Shown: positions 57,542 to 64,000 of the stretch, one piece after another
Layout of the letters: the number at the start of each line of letters is the position of its first letter
Numbering within the stretch: position 1 is the first letter of the stretch
Source: an uncultured delta proteobacterium
Lineage (GTDB): Bacteria; Desulfobacterota; Binatia; UBA9968
Assembly: GCA_963771465.1 (NCBI GenBank)
Contig: CAVYTU010000017.1
Location: forward strand, 640,001-704,000
DNA length: 64,000 bases
Reading direction: 5' to 3'
Notes under the pieces: generated by a model
Databases searched by the model: none
What the model was told of the DNA's origin: nothing
The model's input: the letters and a program-made list of their open reading frames with translations, nothing else
Program-made: the position numbers and the translations under genes

Positions 57542-58423
57542 ATGGATCTCACCTTCGCGCACTATCGTAACCGTTTCTGCATGTTTCGCACTTACTACGC
57601 GTTGGCGGTTGGTAAGGTTAAAGCGAACGGCATCAACGTGAAAGTGATCGAGCTGCCTGATCCGCCGAGTAAGGAGCAGGAAGAGGCATTGATACGCGGC
57701 GACGTGCAGGCGGCGAATTTATATTTGCCGAATTTTCTCCGGCGCAAGCTGCAAGGTGCGCCGATTCTCGGTCTCGCCACCGAGTGGAAGTCGACGATGA
57801 AGGGCAACGGCGTCTTCGTGCTCGCCGACGGGCCGGTGAAAACCCCGAAAGACTTGGAAGGACGGCTCATCGCCACCCATCAGGGCATGCACGCCATTCA
57901 CAAGTACTTGTTACGCCGCGCGTATGGCCTTGATGACGAGAAGCTGCGCTGGGAAGGGCAGCCGCAGGAAAAGCTCCTCGACGCGCTGCAAAGCGGCAAA
58001 GCCGATGCGGTGGTGTTGCTCGATCAGTTTTTCTTTCGCGGCGAGGTCGCGCCGGGAGTGCGTTGTTTGTACACCGACGGCGAGGCGTGGCAAAAGCTCA
58101 CCGGCTTCGACGAGATGATCAAACATATGGTGGCGGCGCGGGAGGATTTGTTGCGCGATTATCCCGGCATTAAAGACACGCTGCTCAGAGCATTTCGCGA
58201 GTCCTTCGCTTACAGTGAAGCGAACTTAGAAGAAGTCGCCGACGCGTTTCTGGCGCGCTATGAAGGCGACCGGGAAGCGTTGCTCGCGTCGGCGCGTTAT
58301 CCGCGCATCGAGTTCACTTTCACCGAGAGAGAACAGCGGCTCGCCCAGGCGGAGATGCAGTTGCTCTTCGACGTCGGACAGATTCCGCGCATGGCGCCGA
58401 TCGCATCGATGTTTGCGCAATAA
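57542..58423 (+). CDS. PBP2-fold protein without signal peptide (SsuA/MqnA-D-like)
   Basis: PKDLEGRLIA, LQSGKADAVVL; no hydrophobic N-terminus. Confidence 0.7.
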   Translation: MDLTFAHYRNRFCMFRTYYALAVGKVKANGINVKVIELPDPPSKEQEEALIRGDVQAANLYLPNFLRRKLQGAPILGLATEWKSTMKGNGVFVLADGPVKTPKDLEGRLIATHQGMHAIHKYLLRRAYGLDDEKLRWEGQPQEKLLDALQSGKADAVVLLDQFFFRGEVAPGVRCLYTDGEAWQKLTGFDEMIKHMVAAREDLLRDYPGIKDTLLRAFRESFAYSEANLEEVADAFLARYEGDREALLASARYPRIEFTFTEREQRLAQAEMQLLFDVGQIPRMAPIASMFAQ

Positions 58424-58433
58424 TCTTTGCCTG

Positions 58434-59421
58434 ATGTTCGATACGCACTATCGCTGGCGCATCGGCGTCGAACGGTTGGGCCAACGCGCCGGCGTGTTGC
58501 TTTGTTATTTTATGATCGCCTCGTGCTCCACCGTTACCCGCAGCGATGATGCGGCACCCTTGCGCCAAACCGCCGGTTTGATCGAGGATGTAAAAGCGTT
58601 CGGCAAAACCCTCGGCATCGAACCGACGGACGCGTTGCGCCGGACCTCTCAAGATGCGCCGACCTTGTCGATGCTCTGGTTGTGGATGCAGCGCGAGGGG
58701 ACTTTGGCGCTCAGCGCTCCGGTCGACATTCGTCTCGCGATCGGTCTCAATATCGAAAAAGAAACGCCGAAACTGGAGCAAGTCTATCGTGTCGACGGTT
58801 ACAGCGTGTATCACCGTCAAGGCAACGAATTCGGCGATCCGCGTTCGGTGGCGACCAAAGGTTTCGCCGAAGAGCCTCTGGTGCGGCGGGTCAAAGTGAT
58901 TCTCCATGAAGACCTGCACGGCGACGTCAATTTTGCGTTGCCGTGGGAAATCGAAGAGGCGATTGTCACGCCGCTAGGGTCTCTCGCCGCCGTCGAATAC
59001 TTTCGCCACAAGGGCGATGAGAAGGGTTGCGCCAACGCCATAAGCTCGGTGGCTGAGGAGCGCACGCTCTCGCGGGAGTTGATGGCGCTGGTCTCTCAAG
59101 CCGAGAAAATTTTTGCGGCGGAAAGCGTCAGATAATGCCAAGCAGAGGGTTTTGGATCTGTTGCCGAGCTTTGCCAATTACCAGCGTCGGTTCAACTACG
59201 AAACGCGCGATCAGCATGGCCCGACTGTCGTCGAGGCCAAGCTGAGCCACGATCTCGCCTACTATCGCTACTTTGATCGGATCGCGGAGCTCGCCGAGAA
59301 GGCGCCGAGCTTGCGGACTTTGATAGAAGATTTTAAGCGATTGCCGCAAGACTCGACGCCGGCGGCCATGGAAAAACTTTTACACGAACTACACGCCAAG
59401 TACGGCGCGGGTACAAAATAA
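58434..59421 (+). CDS. Putative HExxH zinc-peptidase lipoprotein, split by a +1 frameshift at ~59130
   Basis: Lipobox-like IASC; VILHEDLH...IEEA; continuation in the 59113-59421 frame. Confidence 0.6.
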
Positions 59422-59598
59422 CCTCGTCACGAACGTTTAAACCCGCAAGATCGTTAAAGCGGCTTTGCGAGTTTGGCTCGAAGGCGAAGAATCGTTACTG
59501 AAGCGTGGAGCATGGTGAGTCTAGAATCTCCACGCACCATTACACCTGACTATTTTTGCCTGCATCAGAGTTCAATTTAGCGCCGAGTTCTTTCGTCA

Positions 59599-60834
59599 AT
59601 GTCTCCATCCTCACCTCCTAAACCTAGCGCGCAGGGTCTGAGCGCGCTTTACGTTAGCACGTTTTTGTCCGGCGCTTGGGCGATGATCATTCCCACGATA
59701 CCGGTGTTGGCGCGCGAGTTCGACGTGTCGGCCGGCGCCTCGGCGCAGGTCATTACCGGGTTCGCTTTTGGTAAAATGGCCGGCACGGTGATCGGCGGCG
59801 TACTGCTCGATCGCAAAGGGACGCGTTTCGGATTAATCGGTTCTGCCGCGGTCGCGTCGATTGCGGCATTCGGCGCCGTGTTTACGCCATGGTTTTTGTT
59901 GCTGGTGTTGCTGGCATTTGTGCTAGGGGCCACCGATACGCTGGGCTCGGTGGCACGAGAGATCGCCGCCATCGATCAAGCGCCCAGCAATCAGCGGGGG
60001 CGGATCATCAGTAGTTTGCACGGCACCCATACCATCGGCGCGGCGTTGTGTCCGTTTGTCGGCGGCTGGTTGACCGAGTTGTTTAATTACAAAGCGGCGT
60101 TTCTCGGCTACGCGGTCTTTAGTGTGATGTCCATTTTCTTAGCCATGCTCGTGGCCGACTCGCCGGGAGAAGCTCACGAGAAGTCAGCGCACGGTGGCGC
60201 GAAAGGCTGGGGCTTGGCGGGGTTACAAAAGAGGGTCGTCGGCCTCGCCGATCTCTACCGGGAAATCCGGCCGGATTTGCGCTCGACTTATGGCTCCATC
60301 GTATTTGCGACTATGGTTAATCAATCGCAACGAATTATCGTCCAGAGCATGCTGCCGCTCTACGCGGTGCGCTACTTGGACCTATCACCGAGCCAAGTCG
60401 GCATGCTTTTTACGATTTCCGGCGCTGTGGTTTTCGCCATGATGATCCCCGCCGGATTCGTCATGGATCGCGTCGGTCGCAAATGGTGCACGGTGCCGAG
60501 CACCGCCATGCCCGCGCTAACGTTTCTTTTGATTCCGCTGACCACTAGCTTCATTCAACTGGCGTTATTGATCGGCATCTCGGGGGTCGCCCAGGGATTG
60601 TCGCTCGGTTCGTTAGCGACTTCCACCTACGATGTCGTGCCGGCGCATGTGCGCGGCCGTCTGCAAGCGCTCAGGCGCACGGTTGCCGAGTTGGGCAGCG
60701 GCATGGCGCCGCTGATCGGCGGCTATCTGGCGAACAGTTTCAATCCCGGAGCGCCGTTTCTGGCCTACGCGCCGTTGCTGCTGCTTTCGGCGACGTTGCT
60801 TTTGTTTGTCAGTAAAGAGACGCTGGAGAAATGA
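59599..60834 (+). CDS. MFS transporter
   Basis: About 12 TM segments; GVLLDRKG and GFVMDRVGRK motif A. Confidence 0.92.
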   Translation: MSPSSPPKPSAQGLSALYVSTFLSGAWAMIIPTIPVLAREFDVSAGASAQVITGFAFGKMAGTVIGGVLLDRKGTRFGLIGSAAVASIAAFGAVFTPWFLLLVLLAFVLGATDTLGSVAREIAAIDQAPSNQRGRIISSLHGTHTIGAALCPFVGGWLTELFNYKAAFLGYAVFSVMSIFLAMLVADSPGEAHEKSAHGGAKGWGLAGLQKRVVGLADLYREIRPDLRSTYGSIVFATMVNQSQRIIVQSMLPLYAVRYLDLSPSQVGMLFTISGAVVFAMMIPAGFVMDRVGRKWCTVPSTAMPALTFLLIPLTTSFIQLALLIGISGVAQGLSLGSLATSTYDVVPAHVRGRLQALRRTVAELGSGMAPLIGGYLANSFNPGAPFLAYAPLLLLSATLLLFVSKETLEK

Positions 60835-60904
60835 CCCGGCCGGTTTTTGACAGTCTGTTTTAAACAAGCTATGCGAAGGTTAGGATGGCAAAAAGGCATC
60901 GATC

Positions 60905-62092
60905 ATGGAATCGGCTGAGAACGAATTGATCACACGGGTCGGCGCCGGCACGCCGGCGGGCGAGACATTGCGAAAATATTGGTTGCCGGTGGGCTTATCC
61001 AAGGAGATCGATACGGATGGGCCCAAACTCGTGCGCTGGCTCGGCGAAGATTTGCTGTTATTTCGTGATGAGTTTGGCCGCGTTGGCTTGACTCAACCCA
61101 ACTGTCCCCATCGCGGCACTTCGCTCGATTACGGCTGGATCGAAGCCGGCGGCATTCGCTGTTGTTATCACGGCTGGGTGTTCGATGTGACCGGCCGTTG
61201 TTTGGAACAGCCCGGCGAGCCGGCTGACAGTAATTTCAAAGACAAGATTCGCCTGAAGGCTTACCAAGTACGCGAGCTTGGCGGCATGATTTGGGCATTC
61301 ATGGGCGCCGGCGCGGCGCCGGAGTTGCCCAACTATCATTTTCTCGTGCGCGACGACGGCGAGCGCCAGTTTTCCAGCTACGTGCGCGACTGCAATTACA
61401 TGCAGCAACTGGAAAACGCGCTCGACCCGGTGCATGCGACGATACTGCACGGCCGGGCGGTGCATGGATTGCCCGCCGCGCCTGAGTGGATGGAGACGCC
61501 GGACTTCCATGTGACGATGACCGACACGATGGCGTATTACGTCGCACGGCGCATAGGGCCGCAAGCGGGTACCGAGTGGCATCGCGAAGTTGCCTATGTG
61601 CCGCCGCTCATGGTGGTGCATCACGGCGGCACGCTGCCCGGCGATCCCTTGGCGGAAATGGTCGATGTCGCCTGGCGTATGCCGATCGATGACTTTACCA
61701 CGCGCACCTTTACGCTTAAATTTTTTCCCAACGCGAGCGGCAAGCGCGGCAATGAAGAAAAGCAACCGCGGCCCAAACCGCCGCCGCTCATGCGCGGCAC
61801 GCGGCGGCAGTGGGACATGGCGACGATCAACGGCCAAGACAACGCAGCGCAGGTTGGTCAGGGCGCGCTGGTCGACCGGTCGCAGGAGCATCTCGGCTTT
61901 TCCGATCGCGGCGTCATTCTCGTGCGCAAGTTGTGGAAGATAGCGATTGATACCGCGCAGCGTGGCGACGATCCGCCGAACTTGATTCGCGACGCCGCGC
62001 AGAATCGTTTGGTGCACGTCGACGTGATTGAAAGATTGGTCAACGCTGAGGAGTTGCGCGAGCATGTGCCGAATATCGTCTATGTCGGTTGA
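60905..62092 (+). CDS. Rieske non-heme iron oxygenase alpha subunit (phthalate 4,5-dioxygenase-like)
   Basis: CPHRG...CCYHGW, ENALDPVHATILH, EHLGFSDRG. Confidence 0.92.
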   Translation: MESAENELITRVGAGTPAGETLRKYWLPVGLSKEIDTDGPKLVRWLGEDLLLFRDEFGRVGLTQPNCPHRGTSLDYGWIEAGGIRCCYHGWVFDVTGRCLEQPGEPADSNFKDKIRLKAYQVRELGGMIWAFMGAGAAPELPNYHFLVRDDGERQFSSYVRDCNYMQQLENALDPVHATILHGRAVHGLPAAPEWMETPDFHVTMTDTMAYYVARRIGPQAGTEWHREVAYVPPLMVVHHGGTLPGDPLAEMVDVAWRMPIDDFTTRTFTLKFFPNASGKRGNEEKQPRPKPPPLMRGTRRQWDMATINGQDNAAQVGQGALVDRSQEHLGFSDRGVILVRKLWKIAIDTAQRGDDPPNLIRDAAQNRLVHVDVIERLVNAEELREHVPNIVYVG

Positions 62093-62096
62093 GCAG

Positions 62097-63224
62097 ATGG
62101 CGCGCCGACTTCAATCAGAACTCACCGCCGGATTTATCGTGGTGATGTTGAGCGCTATCGCGAGCCACGGCGGCGAAGCGCGGCCGGTCTGGCAGCAAGA
62201 GTGGGATAAGACCGTGCAAGCGGCGAAGGCGGAAGGACAAGTGACTATTTACGTCCACAGCGCCTACGCTCCAGTGCTCACCTCCGGCGCTTTTGAAAAG
62301 GCTTTTCCGGCGATCAAGCTCAGCATTGTCAGCGGCGTCGAGAACGATCTCGAACGGCGCTTCAGCGCCGAGCGGCGCGCCGGCAAATATCTTGCCGATG
62401 TGTTCATGGTCGGCGTCTTGCGCAGCTACGACTTTATGCAGGCGAAGTTTTTGGAGCCGATCAAACCACTCTTGATACTTCCCGAAGTGGTCGACGAGTC
62501 GAAGTGGTGGCTGGGAAAGCATCACTACAGCGACCCGGAGCAGAAATATTTGTTTCGCTACGTCGCTTCGGCGCAGTACGGCCAGATTTCCTACAACACG
62601 CAGTTGATTCAGGCCAAGGAGTTTACGTCATTTTGGGATTTTCTGAATCCAAAATGGAAAGGCAAAATTCTTTCCCGCGATATTCGCTTGCCGGGAACCG
62701 GCGGCAGCGCCATTCGGCTTTTTTATTATCATCCCGATATGGGGCCCGAGTTCGTCCGTAAACTATTCGCCGAGACCGATATCACGCTTACTCGCGACCG
62801 GCGCCAGGGACTCGACTGGCTGGCAGCGGGAAAATATCCAATCTGCTTTTGGTGCGAAGGCGTCGATAAAGCCAACGTGCAAGGTTTGCCGGTGGATACT
62901 TTTGGGCGCATGAAAGAAGGCGCGGGACTGAGCGCGGGGCAAGCGATTCTCACCTACGTCAATCAAGCGCCGCATCCAAGTGCCGCGAAAGTGTTTATCA
63001 ATTGGTTTTTGTCGCGCGACGGCCAGCTAAACTTTCAAAAGGCGCTCGGCAAGGCGGACGAAGGCTCGCCGGATTCGCTACGCATCGATATTCCCAAAGA
63101 TGATGTCGATCCGAAAAGCCGGCGCCTCGATGGCGTTAAATATCTGGACACCGACCAGTGGCTGGCGATGAAACCGGTGTTGAAAGTGGTCGAGGATGCG
63201 CTGACGCAAGCGGGTAAAAAGTAA
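62097..63224 (+). CDS. Extracellular solute-binding protein (Fe3+/SBP_bac-like)
   Basis: AAKAEGQVTIY, DFLNPKWKGKI, APHPSAAKVFINWFLS. Confidence 0.88.
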   Translation: MARRLQSELTAGFIVVMLSAIASHGGEARPVWQQEWDKTVQAAKAEGQVTIYVHSAYAPVLTSGAFEKAFPAIKLSIVSGVENDLERRFSAERRAGKYLADVFMVGVLRSYDFMQAKFLEPIKPLLILPEVVDESKWWLGKHHYSDPEQKYLFRYVASAQYGQISYNTQLIQAKEFTSFWDFLNPKWKGKILSRDIRLPGTGGSAIRLFYYHPDMGPEFVRKLFAETDITLTRDRRQGLDWLAAGKYPICFWCEGVDKANVQGLPVDTFGRMKEGAGLSAGQAILTYVNQAPHPSAAKVFINWFLSRDGQLNFQKALGKADEGSPDSLRIDIPKDDVDPKSRRLDGVKYLDTDQWLAMKPVLKVVEDALTQAGKK

Positions 63225-63251
63225 CTTGATCGGCAAAAACGGAGACGAAAT

Positions 63252-64000
63252 ATGAAATTCAAACGGTCGTCGAGTTGGAGCTTTGCCAAGGCAATTGTGA
63301 TTCTTTCCTACGTGTGTTCGGCGACGACAACCTTCGCTGGGCAGGCGTCCAACTGGAAGGCGGATTGGGACGCGACGGTGCGCGCCGCGGAAAAAGAAGG
63401 GCCGCTAGTGATCTATGGCCCGCGCGGGCGCGATCAGGAGATGCTTTATAGCGAGATATTTCCCAAGGCGTTCCCCAAGATTCGCGTCCAGTATACACCC
63501 GGACGCTTGAGTCAAATGATCTCGCGGCTGATGGCGGAGCAGCGCGCTGGAGTGCGCCAAGTCGATCTGCTGTTGGGCGGCACCGATGTATTGCTGGGAA
63601 CTTTCAAAGACAAAGGCTTGCTGCAACCGATACGGCCGCTGCTCGTTCTGCCTGAGGTTCTGGATCCGGCGGCCTGGTTCAAGGGCAAACTTTTGTTCGC
63701 CGACAGCGAGGAAAAATTTATCGCCTTGTTCCGCGCCGTGCCTTATTCTTCCGCATGCATCAACACCAACCTGATCAAACCCGGCGAGCTAAAAAGCTAT
63801 CTGGATTTTGTCAATCCCAAGTGGAAGGGAAAAATCGCGTCCCAGGATTTTTCCAGCGGCAGCGCGCGCAATCAAATGTTCGTACTCTACGTCCGCGAAG
63901 ATTTGGGCCCCAAGTATCTCAAGCGACTGATCGGCGAGATGGATATCACGTTCTCGCGCAACGTGGTGCAGCTCGGTGATTGGCTGGCGCAGGGCAAATT
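63252..64000 (+). CDS. Paralogous extracellular solute-binding protein, 3'-truncated by window edge
   Basis: MKFKRS...WDATVRAAEKEGPLVIYG...DFVNPKWKGKI; not in the ORF track because it has no stop in the window. Confidence 0.88.
   Translation, partial: MKFKRSSSWSFAKAIVILSYVCSATTTFAGQASNWKADWDATVRAAEKEGPLVIYGPRGRDQEMLYSEIFPKAFPKIRVQYTPGRLSQMISRLMAEQRAGVRQVDLLLGGTDVLLGTFKDKGLLQPIRPLLVLPEVLDPAAWFKGKLLFADSEEKFIALFRAVPYSSACINTNLIKPGELKSYLDFVNPKWKGKIASQDFSSGSARNQMFVLYVREDLGPKYLKRLIGEMDITFSRNVVQLGDWLAQGK

Noticed and set aside
945-62065. Many long antisense or alternate-frame ORFs (e.g. 945-1640, 2220-3029, 12956-13777, 23538-24350, 61058-62065)
   Set aside because: Shadows of real GC-rich genes with biased codon usage; no motifs or RBS

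Overview
GC-rich bacterial chromosomal window. The gene content (many orphan SsuA/NMT1-like, ABC_sub_bind, TctC and SBP_bac binding proteins, tandem cupin, LLM oxidoreductases, Rieske oxygenase) suggests a Candidatus Binatia/deltaproteobacterial genome; this is an inference. Core blocks: hydantoinase/oxoprolinase A plus two B paralogs; rlmD-DUF309-LolD/FtsX exporter; rpoZ; folD-gcvT-gcvH-gcvPA-gcvPB; tonB/tatA; ECF sigma/anti-sigma; a MoeB-ThrC-like-MoaD-CysM-NIL sulfur-relay operon preceded by DUF350/lipoprotein/glutathionylspermidine-synthase-like genes; bolA-grxD; aromatic/N-heterocycle catabolic genes. Signals not captured by the ORF track: (1) a probable UxxC selenoprotein redoxin (51625-52128) with a SECIS-like hairpin; (2) a broken GIY-YIG nuclease bracketed by inverted ATTCCC-N7/8-GGGAAT palindromes; (3) several families of 7-, 8- and 9-bp-period inverted repeat elements at gene junctions, some supplying start codons or protein termini; (4) a ~257-nt nested inverted-repeat element at 36165-36421; (5) a putative ligA/ligB deletion-fusion scar; (6) C-terminal relics inside an ABC_sub_bind gene array. 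Four genes carry apparent +1 frameshifts, probably assembly errors. No rRNA, tRNA or CRISPR array was seen. All family calls are by motif recognition, not database search.
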